Under the pieces are notes generated by a model. That model made no database searches and was not told where the DNA came from. It saw only the letters and a list, made by a program, of their open reading frames with translations. Shown piece by piece: positions 26,245 to 35,826 of a stretch of 64,000 nt of DNA. Each line of letters begins with the position of its first letter. The stretch's first letter is position 1. Made by a program: the position numbers and the translations under genes. Source of the DNA: an uncultured bacterium (GTDB lineage Bacteria; Patescibacteriota; Patescibacteriia; CAIQCM01); NCBI GenBank assembly GCA_963708045.1, contig OY970181.1:707740-771739 (forward strand), written 5' to 3'.

Positions 26245-26775
26245 TTAAAACGTTTGAAAAGAAATTTTTGTCGCGTCAAAAGAATCTGATTGGGAGATGT
26301 CGTTGTCCGCAAAAGCGGTTACGACCATTGTCAGTTTGATGTCTGTTGGATCAATATTTATTTCGCGCATCGGTGAAGGCGGGGCGACGATTATTCCTTT
26401 TTTAAAATCAGCTTGAAATTTTTTTAGATCAGCTTTTATTTCGGCGGCCGATTTGCTCACCATAGCGACAAATTTAGTGTTAGGAGTAAAGTGGGCAATT
26501 TTTGTTTCGGTTTTTGGGTCAGCGCCGGAACCGTTAGTTGGGGTAAAGGCAATAATTAGATCGTTTTTGTCAACGCTTTTAACAGTGCCGGTGATATTAG
26601 TAATCGGCGAGCCTTTGACTTTGGTGGTATTTTTGGTTCCTATCTCATTGATTCGGCTGCCTTCGGTCAAGTCTTTGATAAGCGTGGTATTGGAGACGAT
26701 ATTTACGATGGACAAAGATAGACCGGTTAAAATGACGAAAACCAAAATGAGCCAATATATTCGCGTTAATTTCAT
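26245..26775 (-). CDS. Hypothetical membrane-anchored exported protein
   Basis: N-terminal TM anchor (IYWLILVFVILTGLSLSIV); Thr/Asn-rich. Confidence 0.45.
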   Translation of the reverse strand: MKLTRIYWLILVFVILTGLSLSIVNIVSNTTLIKDLTEGSRINEIGTKNTTKVKGSPITNITGTVKSVDKNDLIIAFTPTNGSGADPKTETKIAHFTPNTKFVAMVSKSAAEIKADLKKFQADFKKGIIVAPPSPMREINIDPTDIKLTMVVTAFADNDISQSDSFDATKISFQTF

Positions 26776-26873
26776 AGGTTTTGATTTATTTACGAAATCA
26801 GTTTTTCACCGATATTAATTCATTATATATCTATGGACGAGAAAATGAAATAAAGCTATTCTGTAGTCATAAT

Positions 26874-28295
26874 ATGCTGCAAATCTATAATACTCTTACG
26901 AGAGAAATTGAAGAATTTAAAACCTTAAATGGCAAGCGGGTATCAATGTATAATTGTGGTCCAACGGTTTATAGTTATCCGCACATTGGTAATCTCCGCG
27001 CTTGTCTTTTTGCCGATACCCTGCGGCGGTATCTGGAATTTTCGGGTTTCAAAGTTAGGCAAGTAATGAATATAACGGATGTTGGGCATATGCAAGGCGA
27101 TGCCGATACCGGAACGGACAAAATGGAAGCGGCCGCCGCTAAGGAAAAAATTGATCCGCTGGCTGTCGCGCGCAAATACGAAAAAATATTTTTTGAATAC
27201 ATAAATTTGCTTAATTGCGAGCCAGCTTATAAATATCCTCGCGCTTCGGAACATGTGAAGGAAATGATTAAAATCATCGCGTCTTTGCTTAAAAATGGCT
27301 ATGCGTATCTTTCGGAAAATGATGTTTATTTTGACGTTACAAAATTCTCCGCCTATGGCAATCTTTCTGGAAACACCATTGCCGCTTTGGAAGCCGGGCA
27401 TCGTGTGGAAATAAATTCTAAAAAACGTAATCCGGCTGATTTTGCGCTGTGGATTCATAATCCTAACCACCTGCTACAGTGGGACGCGCCGTGGAGCCGC
27501 GGCTACCCAGGTTGGCATATTGAATGCTCGGCAATGTCAATGAAATATTTAGGCGAAACGATTGATCTTCACACCGGCGCCGAAGACAACAAGTTTCCCC
27601 GTCATGAGTGCGAAATTGCGCAGTCAGAAGGCGCGACTGGAAAAAAGTTTGTCCGTTATTGGTTGCACTTGTCGTTTCTTTTAGTTGACGGAAAAAAGAT
27701 GGCCAAATCGGATAATAATTTTTATACTTTGGACGATCTTACAAAGAAGGGCTATGAGCCGCGCGCGGTGCGTTTTGCGCTTATCTCGGCTCATTACCGC
27801 GAACAGCAGAATTTTACGTTTGCCGCGCTTGATGCGGCAAAAAGCGCTGTTTCCAAATTGGACGCGGTTTGGTCGCGCCTTTCGGAGAAAAAAGTTTTGT
27901 CTAAAAATACTGAGCCAACGGATTTAATATTATTGTCGGATAAAGCTAGAGAAGGTTTTATTGCGGCAATGGATGACGACCTTGGTATGCCAAAGGCACT
28001 TGGTATCTTGTTTGAATTTATTCGCGATACCAACGCGGCTTTGGATAAAGGTGCGACTGGTCAAGCGGCAGCTAAAAAACTCATCAAAGACGTGGTTTTT
28101 GGTGTTCTTGGGCTTGAATTAAAAAATATTGCCGCCGAAATTGTTCCGGCGGCGGTGGCTGAGCTGCTTAAAGAACGGATCGCCGCGCGAATAGCAAAAG
28201 ATTATAAAAAAGCCGACGAACTTCGCGGCCAAATAAACTCATTGGGTTTTGAAATAGAAGACGGAAGCGCTGGCGCGCGCGTTAAGAAAATTTAG
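26874..28295 (+). CDS. cysS: Cysteine--tRNA ligase
   Basis: CGPTVYSYPHIGN (HIGH motif), KMAKS (KMSKS), class I aaRS architecture; start moved to ATG 26874. Confidence 0.9.
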   Translation: MLQIYNTLTREIEEFKTLNGKRVSMYNCGPTVYSYPHIGNLRACLFADTLRRYLEFSGFKVRQVMNITDVGHMQGDADTGTDKMEAAAAKEKIDPLAVARKYEKIFFEYINLLNCEPAYKYPRASEHVKEMIKIIASLLKNGYAYLSENDVYFDVTKFSAYGNLSGNTIAALEAGHRVEINSKKRNPADFALWIHNPNHLLQWDAPWSRGYPGWHIECSAMSMKYLGETIDLHTGAEDNKFPRHECEIAQSEGATGKKFVRYWLHLSFLLVDGKKMAKSDNNFYTLDDLTKKGYEPRAVRFALISAHYREQQNFTFAALDAAKSAVSKLDAVWSRLSEKKVLSKNTEPTDLILLSDKAREGFIAAMDDDLGMPKALGILFEFIRDTNAALDKGATGQAAAKKLIKDVVFGVLGLELKNIAAEIVPAAVAELLKERIAARIAKDYKKADELRGQINSLGFEIEDGSAGARVKKI

Positions 28296-28298
28296 ATT

Positions 28299-29234
28299 CT
28301 AGATCCATTTTTTCTTTTTTAGATACAAGAAAGTCGTAATGCCGATTAAAAGCATTAAGCCGTTGGTAATGAAAAAACCGTAAGGCGGGCCAAAGGGCGA
28401 ACCGTCCGCGGTATTTATTCCAATAATCGTCGCGAAAAGTTCCATGGTAAAAATAACCGTTGTAACACTGGTTAAAATTTTCATTATTCGGTTGATATGG
28501 TTTGAGACGAGGGTGTTCATTGTGTCGTGAAGCGTATCAATTGTTTCACGGTCAGCTTCTAACGAATTCCAAATATCCACCGTTTGGTTGATTACCTGGT
28601 TAAAGTTGACGATATTAACCGGTGAAAGCTGGGAAACGGCGTCTTTTAATTGAATAAGAGTATAGCGGTGGGTTTTGAGAGCTTTTCTAACGCGAGTATT
28701 GTTGTTTTTAAGGATTAGCGACTCGCGAATGATTTTATCGTTGTCGTAGTTCGTAAACATTCTTTCTTCAACATCGCGAATGTCGCGTGACAATTCCAAA
28801 AGAAGCGGGAACATTGAGCGATATATCTTTTCTAAGATAAAAAGCAAAACGTTTGATGGCGATTCGGAAAGAAAGTGTTCACGACTGGTGGCGTTTCCCA
28901 TTTCGTCCAAAATAGAGACCATTTCCACGAGTCGGTTGGCGTGATTTACAGTGATGAGTGTATTTTCATTTAAAATGATGTCCAATTCAACCTCGTGGAT
29001 ATCTCTGGTTTTTTCGTCGCGAACTGGCAAGATTAAAACCAAAAAGACATAATCTTTACGGATGATGCATTTGGTATTTTGGAGGGGCGGCAAAAGTTCG
29101 CGCAAGTCGTGCTCGTGAAGCGGAAAACGTGCGTTTAGCTCGCGAAGTGTATGCAAATTAGCCTCGGAAACATTAAGCCAAGTCGTGCGGCGGCCGGTAA
29201 ATTCTTGAATTTTTGTGGAAACTTTCTTTGCCAT
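28299..29234 (-). CDS. CorA-family divalent cation transporter (GIN variant of GMN motif)
   Basis: CorA-like cytoplasmic domain then two C-terminal TM helices; ATIIGINTADG where canonical CorA has YGMNF; terminal KKKKWI. Confidence 0.6.
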   Translation of the reverse strand: MAKKVSTKIQEFTGRRTTWLNVSEANLHTLRELNARFPLHEHDLRELLPPLQNTKCIIRKDYVFLVLILPVRDEKTRDIHEVELDIILNENTLITVNHANRLVEMVSILDEMGNATSREHFLSESPSNVLLFILEKIYRSMFPLLLELSRDIRDVEERMFTNYDNDKIIRESLILKNNNTRVRKALKTHRYTLIQLKDAVSQLSPVNIVNFNQVINQTVDIWNSLEADRETIDTLHDTMNTLVSNHINRIMKILTSVTTVIFTMELFATIIGINTADGSPFGPPYGFFITNGLMLLIGITTFLYLKKKKWI

Positions 29235-29294
29235 AAAAATATTATACCACAGAGTGGGAATGCAGGCTTTTGATTTTTTTGTTATACTATAACA

Positions 29295-29768
29295 ATGCCT
29301 GAAGATATAGAAAAAAATCTATCGTCAGCCGAGACGCCAAAGTTGGAATCCGAACCAGTTTTGGAAAAAGAAAAAGTTTCCTCTGCCGAAACAGCGCCAA
29401 CCAAAGAAGCTCTGCCTGAGCCGGTTTTGGCGACGCCGATTTCAATGAGTGCGCCCATAAGTGCGCCGCCCGCTCGCGTTGATCCAATTACCGAATCAGT
29501 GGAAAAAATTCTGTCCGAGGACTTGGCCGATTTTTATCGGGCAATGCCGCCGGCTGATCGGGAAAAGTTTAAAATCAAGGGCGAAGAAACCGTTTCCAAA
29601 ATTCGCAAGATTATGGACGGCACGACAATTAAAGTAAAAGAAGTGCTTAAGCTTATCGTCATTTGGATTAAACTAATCCCGGGAATAAATAAATTTTTTC
29701 TTGAACAAGAATCAAAAATAAAAACCGATAAGATCATTGAACTTCATAGCCGGATGCATGGTAAGTAA
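29295..29768 (+). CDS. Hypothetical protein (157 aa), acidic/Pro-rich N-terminus
   Basis: ORF directly upstream (21-nt gap) of VirD4-like ATPase; possibly co-transcribed. Confidence 0.4.
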   Translation: MPEDIEKNLSSAETPKLESEPVLEKEKVSSAETAPTKEALPEPVLATPISMSAPISAPPARVDPITESVEKILSEDLADFYRAMPPADREKFKIKGEETVSKIRKIMDGTTIKVKEVLKLIVIWIKLIPGINKFFLEQESKIKTDKIIELHSRMHGK

Positions 29769-29788
29769 TTTGGTCTAGGAGGATAATT

Positions 29789-32326
29789 ATGCTGCAACTT
29801 GTTGGCACCATTCAACCTGAAATATTAGAAACCACAACCCAAGGGACTGTGCCGCTTGTTGCTTATGTTTTATTGGTCTTGCTTGGCGTTTATGCGGTCG
29901 TTTTTTTGTCTCTTTTGTGCGTCCGAAAATATTTTCGCAAAAAACATCGTGAAACGCGCGGTTTTAAAAACGAAGTTTTGCAGATTACCGTTCCTAAAGA
30001 GGCGTCCGAAAAAAATTCGGTAAAAGACGGCGAAAAATCAATGAGCGAGATTCAGGAAAAGATTGGCGCCGCGGAATCGCTTTTTGCCGCCCTTGGCGGG
30101 ATGAAGCCGGAGAAGGGTATAAAAAAGTGGTTATTTGGTCGTGAAGATGAAATTTCTTTTGAAGTTATCGCTCACGACGGGCTGGTTAAATTTTATGTTG
30201 CCGTGCCGCCCGCGCTCCGAAATTTTTTAGAAGAACAGATCCACGCCAACTATCCGCACGCCGAAATTGAAGATATAGAAGATTATAATATTTTTACGCC
30301 CAAAGGGGCGATTGTCGGCGCTTATTTAACTTTAAAAAAGAAGAATTATTTTACTTTAAAAACTTACCGTAAACTTGAAATAGACCCGATGTCCAATATT
30401 ACGAGTTCGCTCGCGACGGTGAATATTCCCGATGGTGCGGCGATTCAGATAATTGTTCGTCCGGCCAAGAGCGAATGGCGCAAGGTTGGCGTAAAAATTG
30501 CGTCGTATATGCACCAGGGAATGTCACTTGGAAAAGCTCAAGACAAGGCAAGGGGTGGAGTCTTTGAGATAATCCGTCAGTTGCAAACCAAGAAAAAAGG
30601 CGAGCCGGAAAAAGAACACCACCTTTCTTCGCTTGAGGAAGAAATGGCCAAGGGGATTGAAGAAAAGGTTTCTAAAGCCGGACTCCAGGCGGTGATTCGT
30701 GTGGTTGCGAGCGCCGAAACCGAACTGACCGCCAGTCGCCACCTTAATGATATTATAAACGCGATGAGCCAGTTTAATATTTACGAGTATGGCAACGCTT
30801 TTCAAAAAATAGAACCGCGCGGTAAGACGAATTTTATCAACGGATTTATTTACCGCAGTTTTGACGAAAAGAAAAAAATAATTTTGAATGCCGAGGAAAT
30901 GGCCTCGGTTTATCATTTGCCTGGTCACTGGATTGAAACGCCGAATATTAATTGGTTGCTCGCGCGGCATGCGGCGCCGCCGATTAATATGCCGAAAGAT
31001 GGTATTTCTTTAGGATGGAATGAATTTCGCGGTATTGAAACGGTTGTTAAAATTAAACGCGGCGATCGTCGTCGCCATCTTTACACCATTGGTCGCTCTG
31101 GTACCGGAAAATCGCAATTTATGGAACAAATGGCCATTCAAGATATTCAGAATGGCGACGGTGTTTGTATTGTTGATCCGCATGGCGACTTTGTTGACCA
31201 CGTCTTGCCGCATATTCCGCCCGAACGCGCCGACGACGTGATTATTTTTGATCCCTCGGACGTCGCACGTCCGGTTGGGCTAAATATGCTTGAAGCTGGT
31301 TCAACCGACCAAAAAGATATGGCTGCCCAAGAAATGGTTTCCATATTTTACGAACTTTTTGGCGCGGAAATGATTGGCCCCATGTTTGAGCACCAGATGC
31401 GCAACGTGATGTTGACCTTAATGTCCGACGATGAAAATACTGGCACGATTGCCGAAATTCCACGGATGTTTTCGGACGCTGATTTTCAGAAAAAATGGGT
31501 GAAGAAAGTAACTGACCCCGTGATTCGCGCTTTTTGGGAAAAAGAAATGGCCAAGACTTCGGACTTTCACAAATCGGAAATGCTTGGCTATCTTGTTTCT
31601 AAAGTTGGCCGGTTTGTGGAAAACGAAATGATGCGTAACATCATCGGCCAAACGCATTCGTCGTTTAATTTCCGCGACGTGATGGACAAGAAAAAAATCC
31701 TGCTCATAAATCTTTCTAAGGGAAAAACCGGCGACGTGAACGCGCGGCTTCTTGGTCTCATTGTTGTTTCTAAGCTCACCATGGCGGCGCTTTCGCGCGC
31801 TGATACGCCCGAAGAAGATCGGCACGATTTTTATCTCTACATTGACGAGTTCCAAAATTTTATTACCGAATCCATTAGCACGATTTTGTCCGAAGCACGC
31901 AAATACAAATTAAACTTGATTATTGCCCATCAGTATATGGGACAGCTTTCGCCCAAGGGCGACACCAAAATTCGCGATGCCGTCCTTGGAAACGCGGGTA
32001 CGATTGCGACGTTCCGCATTGGCGTTGAAGACGCCGAAATTCTTGAGAAAGAATTTGCGCCGACTTTTAACGCTTTTGATCTCGTCAACGTTGAAAAATA
32101 CACGGCCTACATAAAATTGCTGATTGATAATACTGGTTCAAAACCGTTTAATATGCACACTTATCCGCCGCGCAAGGGAAATCCCGAGCTCGCGGCGGCC
32201 ATTAAACAGCTGTCGCGCCTTAAGTACGGCCGTGATCGCACCATTGTTGAGGCTGAAATATTGGAGCGCTCCCAGCTTGGCGCTTCGCTTGTCCCGCCAA
32301 ATTTTGGTCCGGAAAAGACGGCTTAA
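29789..32326 (+). CDS. Membrane-anchored VirD4/TraG-type (T4SS coupling protein-like) P-loop ATPase
   Basis: N-terminal TM (VPLVAYVLLVLLGVYAVVFLSLL), Walker A GRSGTGKS, Walker B YLYIDEFQNF; overall resembles TrwB/TraG/VirD4 DNA-transfer ATPases (family assignment from memory, not searched). Confidence 0.55.
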   Translation: MLQLVGTIQPEILETTTQGTVPLVAYVLLVLLGVYAVVFLSLLCVRKYFRKKHRETRGFKNEVLQITVPKEASEKNSVKDGEKSMSEIQEKIGAAESLFAALGGMKPEKGIKKWLFGREDEISFEVIAHDGLVKFYVAVPPALRNFLEEQIHANYPHAEIEDIEDYNIFTPKGAIVGAYLTLKKKNYFTLKTYRKLEIDPMSNITSSLATVNIPDGAAIQIIVRPAKSEWRKVGVKIASYMHQGMSLGKAQDKARGGVFEIIRQLQTKKKGEPEKEHHLSSLEEEMAKGIEEKVSKAGLQAVIRVVASAETELTASRHLNDIINAMSQFNIYEYGNAFQKIEPRGKTNFINGFIYRSFDEKKKIILNAEEMASVYHLPGHWIETPNINWLLARHAAPPINMPKDGISLGWNEFRGIETVVKIKRGDRRRHLYTIGRSGTGKSQFMEQMAIQDIQNGDGVCIVDPHGDFVDHVLPHIPPERADDVIIFDPSDVARPVGLNMLEAGSTDQKDMAAQEMVSIFYELFGAEMIGPMFEHQMRNVMLTLMSDDENTGTIAEIPRMFSDADFQKKWVKKVTDPVIRAFWEKEMAKTSDFHKSEMLGYLVSKVGRFVENEMMRNIIGQTHSSFNFRDVMDKKKILLINLSKGKTGDVNARLLGLIVVSKLTMAALSRADTPEEDRHDFYLYIDEFQNFITESISTILSEARKYKLNLIIAHQYMGQLSPKGDTKIRDAVLGNAGTIATFRIGVEDAEILEKEFAPTFNAFDLVNVEKYTAYIKLLIDNTGSKPFNMHTYPPRKGNPELAAAIKQLSRLKYGRDRTIVEAEILERSQLGASLVPPNFGPEKTA

Positions 32327-32505
32327 GTCTCAAATTAATCAGTATTTAGCCAATATCTACTTCTTGCGGTTACTCATGATTGACAAGAGTGTGGATAAAT
32401 GATAGCATTCATCTAAGGTCAAAGATCCCAAAAGCGGTGAGTAATCAATTCGTTTGCAAGGTCATGGCCACTTAAAGGTCGTTAAATCACAATCTAAACA
32501 ATACT

Positions 32506-32718
32506 ATGGCCTTCTCAAATCAAGGCGGTTTTGGTGGACAGGGCGGTTTCGCCCCTCGCCAAATGGTAGACGTTACGGCTATGAATCTGAAGTGCAGCGA
32601 ATGCGGCGCTCCGATCACCGAACTCCCATTTAGCCCGGATCCATCTCGCACTGCCACCCTGAAGTGCCGCGATTGCATGCGCAAATTTAAGCAAGCTCGC
32701 GGACCTCGCCGCTTCTAA
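32506..32718 (+). CDS. Small zinc-ribbon protein (70 aa) with Gly-rich N-terminus
   Basis: CSECG...KCRDC (CxxC-N19-CxxC); followed by strong terminator. Confidence 0.5.
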   Translation: MAFSNQGGFGGQGGFAPRQMVDVTAMNLKCSECGAPITELPFSPDPSRTATLKCRDCMRKFKQARGPRRF

Positions 32719-32737
32719 TTGAAGCAACTAAAAACAT

Positions 32738-32770
32738 CCCCGCCAATGGCGGGGATGTTTTGGTTTTAAA
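32738..32770 (+). terminator. Intrinsic terminator
   Basis: aaaacatccccgccaatggcggggatgttttggtttt: 10-bp GC stem + T-run. Confidence 0.8.
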
Positions 32771-32892
32771 ATTCTGTAGCAATTTTTTTCTTGCCTCAAA
32801 AATCAGATATGATGCCGTTTGTGAATATGTTGGCGTTGGTAATTTTTTTGGCTTAACCGTTTCGGCAAGAAAAAATTTGCAACAGAATTTTA
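32771..32892. repeat. Long-range inverted repeat (~28-bp arms, ~65-nt loop) between convergent genes
   Basis: aaaattctgtagcaatttttttcttgcc ... ggcaagaaaaaatttgcaacagaatttt. Confidence 0.6.
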
Positions 32893-32904
32893 AATAACGG
32901 TTAG

Positions 32905-33531
32905 TTAGTGGGTCTCTGGGTTTTCAAAATGGTGGCGAAGGAGGTTGTTTCTAATCGCGCGAGCGGTTAGTTGAAGTCGCCAAAGATCGTCCTGTTTTCT
33001 GAGACTGCGCAGAGTATCAATTTTTTTGACACAGTCGTCAATAAATATCTCCATTCGCCTAAGTAATTTTTCACAAACACCGTTTAAGCTACAGTCGGAA
33101 AGTTCATTATCAAATTCTTTGGAAATTTCGGCGGCGAGTTCGCGATCGCTCGTAACCGATGTTACATAATCGCGAATGTCGTGTACTTGTTGGGGTAAGA
33201 TTGGTTCTGGTACCGGCGTTTTGGTTTCATTGCGCCGCGCTTGGTTGTCAAAATAATGGATAAACGCGCGCGCGGTTTCTAAAGCGTTGGCGTCGTCTGC
33301 TTTTAGTGCGCGAACGGTTTCTTGTTCAAATAATGGTAAAATGCCGCGCTCGCGCTCGGTGCCCCATTTTTCTCTAACTTGCTCCCAACCGGGCGTGCCT
33401 TCGTGCTCGTGAATAAACGTTAATAAATCTTTTTCCGTCTTCAAACCCATCCGCTCCGAGCGGCGTTCTAAAACGGCTTTTTGATTGATAAATGATTCTC
33501 CTCGTGGCATAAAATTAGTGGTGCGTTTCAC
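32905..33531 (-). CDS. Hypothetical protein (~200 aa); start ambiguous (GTG 33531 or ATG 33510)
   Basis: ORF immediately downstream of era on the minus strand; no recognisable family. Confidence 0.45.
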   Translation of the reverse strand: MKRTTNFMPRGESFINQKAVLERRSERMGLKTEKDLLTFIHEHEGTPGWEQVREKWGTERERGILPLFEQETVRALKADDANALETARAFIHYFDNQARRNETKTPVPEPILPQQVHDIRDYVTSVTSDRELAAEISKEFDNELSDCSLNGVCEKLLRRMEIFIDDCVKKIDTLRSLRKQDDLWRLQLTARAIRNNLLRHHFENPETH

Positions 33532-34375
33532 GGTCTATCCAATGTTCGTCAACTTCAACTTCTAAATCTAAAAAGATTTTTGTTTGCATTGCCGTTTCCA
33601 ACTCGTACCTTGCGGCGGAGCCAATTTCTTTAATTTTTTCGGCATTTTTTCCGATGATCATTTTTTTGTAGCGCTTGTCGGTTGTTAAAATGTCAGCGCG
33701 AATATATAACGTGCCGTCGGGGCGTTTTTCCATTTCTGCAACTTCCACCGTTGCCGAATATGGTATTTCTTGGTGCATTTGAATAAAAACTTTTTCACGG
33801 ATCAGTTCCTCTACCCATTTTTTCGTTTCCATGTCCGAGAATTGGAATTCGGGATAATACGGTTCGCCTTCGGGGAGGAGCTCAAAGATTTTATCTTTAA
33901 GCGCATTAAGATTGGTTTCGTTGAGGGCGGAAATTTCTATGAGCGCGTCGCATTTTTCACCAAGACGGCGGAATTCAAAAATAAACGGCTTCTTTTTGTC
34001 GGGAAGGTCGCATTTATTAATGACCATTATTTTTGGTCGCCGAGTCGCTTCAATTAAGTTCCAAATGCGATGTTCTTCCGAACCAATGGCGCGGGTCGGG
34101 TCGGCAACATAAACAATAAGCTCAGCACCGTCCAAGGCTGATCTGACTTCGCGGTTAAGCGCTTCGGTTAGTTTGTCGCGGCTTTTATCAAAAACTCCCG
34201 GCGTATCAACAAAAACCGCCTGACCGCGGGGATCATGAAGAATCCCGCGGATGTTTTGGCGGGTCGTTTGCGGCTTGGGCGTAACAATTGCGACCTTAGT
34301 GCCGACAAGCGAGTTAAGCAAAGTTGATTTGCCGACGTTTGACCGTCCGGCGAGAATAACGAAACCTGATTTCAT
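33515..34375 (-). CDS. era: GTPase Era
   Basis: GRSNVGKST (G1), DTPG (G3), NKCD (G4), C-terminal KH domain. Confidence 0.9.
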   Translation of the reverse strand: MKSGFVILAGRSNVGKSTLLNSLVGTKVAIVTPKPQTTRQNIRGILHDPRGQAVFVDTPGVFDKSRDKLTEALNREVRSALDGAELIVYVADPTRAIGSEEHRIWNLIEATRRPKIMVINKCDLPDKKKPFIFEFRRLGEKCDALIEISALNETNLNALKDKIFELLPEGEPYYPEFQFSDMETKKWVEELIREKVFIQMHQEIPYSATVEVAEMEKRPDGTLYIRADILTTDKRYKKMIIGKNAEKIKEIGSAARYELETAMQTKIFLDLEVEVDEHWIDRETHH

Positions 34376-34555
34376 AAAAATGGACGATGAACTATGAACA
34401 ATGGACGATTAATATTTGGCTCGGTTCGTCCGGGTTGTTCATTGTTTGTTGTTCGTCGTTCATCAATCCTGCGCTTAAAAGAAGAAAAAGTCAATTACGA
34501 CAGGCGCGGTAATGAAAACGAGGGCACGATGGTTAATGTGTTTTTTCATTTGAAA

Positions 34556-35128
34556 TTACTCTATAGTGATGGCGCACCAGTATTTGTTGTTTTTTGTGCA
34601 GGTTGGGGCACAAGCAAAAGCGGCGAAAGTCCCGCCCATACAAAGGTTTACATTTGTCACTTGTTCCATTCCCCAGTGCAGAGTTGGACCCACAACCAAG
34701 CCTTGTTGAGCAGTTAAGTTATACAAAAAAGCATCGCCAATCCACCCGTTATTGGTTGGATCAGGATCGTCGGGAATTTTGGCGATATACGGAGCCAAAG
34801 CATTATCCAGAGAAGTGCAACCATGAAACGGAGCTCCATACCAACACGTTCCTGCGTCTCCGTGTCCTAAACAGTACCAACCTGATGACCCAGCGGCACA
34901 GGCCGGGGATAGTGTTCCGGGGTCTGGGAAATTTCCGTTAACTTCGCGATAAAGCTGGATAGCTGTTTTTATTTGTTTGGCATCGGCAATACGTATTGCG
35001 TCGCGCGCTTTGCTTCTCGTGGAAACCAAAGACACGACCGCAATTGTGGAAAGCAGGCCAATAATTGCGATGACAACCAAGAGTTCAATAAGAGTGAAAG
35101 CGCGGCGATTGTGAAAATGTTTTCTCAT
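34556..35128 (-). CDS. Type IV pilin (paralog 1 of tandem pair)
   Basis: RRAFTLIELLVVIAIIGLLSTIAVVSL prepilin N-terminus; ARSKARDAIRIADAKQ conserved with neighbour. Confidence 0.8.
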   Translation of the reverse strand: MRKHFHNRRAFTLIELLVVIAIIGLLSTIAVVSLVSTRSKARDAIRIADAKQIKTAIQLYREVNGNFPDPGTLSPACAAGSSGWYCLGHGDAGTCWYGAPFHGCTSLDNALAPYIAKIPDDPDPTNNGWIGDAFLYNLTAQQGLVVGPTLHWGMEQVTNVNLCMGGTFAAFACAPTCTKNNKYWCAITIE

Positions 35129-35131
35129 TGT

Positions 35132-35683
35132 TTATGGTGTTAGGGTCAAGGCGCACCAGTAGCGGTTTCGTCCGGCGCTGTCACCATCCCATCTGCCGAA
35201 AGTACCTCCAAAACAATTGGTGGCGTTGGTCACTTGGTCATAGCCCCAATGAAGAGCTGGAGCTGACGATCCGCCGACCGAACCTTGATTCATATACAAA
35301 TAAGCGTCGCCGTAGGTGTTCGGGGCATGCTCCGGATCGTCGGGGATGTTTGCGATGTAAGGCACAAGAGCGTTGTTTAAAGCCGTGCACCCACGAGCGG
35401 TATTGGTATGGCAGCTGACGCCGTCGACGTGGCCAAGACAGCACATACCTAAAATGGATGTGCCACAATTGCAGCCGAGCGCGCCGCTCGCGTCGGGATA
35501 TTTGTTATTGGCATCGTAGTATAGTTGCATAGCCGTTATGAGCTGTTTGATATCGGCTTGCCGCTTGGTGTCGCGCGCCTTGCTTCTTGCAGAACTCAAA
35601 GACACGACCGCGATTGTGGAAAGCAATCCAATGATCGCGATAACGACTAATAGTTCGATAAGAGTAAAGGCGCGGCGAGACAT
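35132..35683 (-). CDS. Type IV pilin (paralog 2 of tandem pair)
   Basis: MSRRAFTLIELLVVIAIIGLLSTIAVVSLSSARSKARDTKRQADIKQ; listed N-terminal extension to 35803 rejected (runs into repeat element). Confidence 0.8.
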   Translation of the reverse strand: MSRRAFTLIELLVVIAIIGLLSTIAVVSLSSARSKARDTKRQADIKQLITAMQLYYDANNKYPDASGALGCNCGTSILGMCCLGHVDGVSCHTNTARGCTALNNALVPYIANIPDDPEHAPNTYGDAYLYMNQGSVGGSSAPALHWGYDQVTNATNCFGGTFGRWDGDSAGRNRYWCALTLTP

Positions 35684-35826
35684 AGACGAAAAATACCTAA
35701 TATCTTCCGCCCATCTCCCGCTTCGGCGGGATTGGGCGGATCCGCTCACACAAATGTGATGAGCGGAAATTTTTAATCCGGACGACCAAATTATTAACAT
35801 CAAATCTTGTCATTGCAAAACTTTCG

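Noticed and set aside
26943-27470. 175-aa minus-strand ORF
   Set aside because: Antisense within cysS.
35684-35803. N-terminal 40-codon extension of pilin ORF (listed start 35803)
   Set aside because: Extension lacks the prepilin leader pattern; the conserved MSRRAFTLIELL start at 35683 matches the paralogue.
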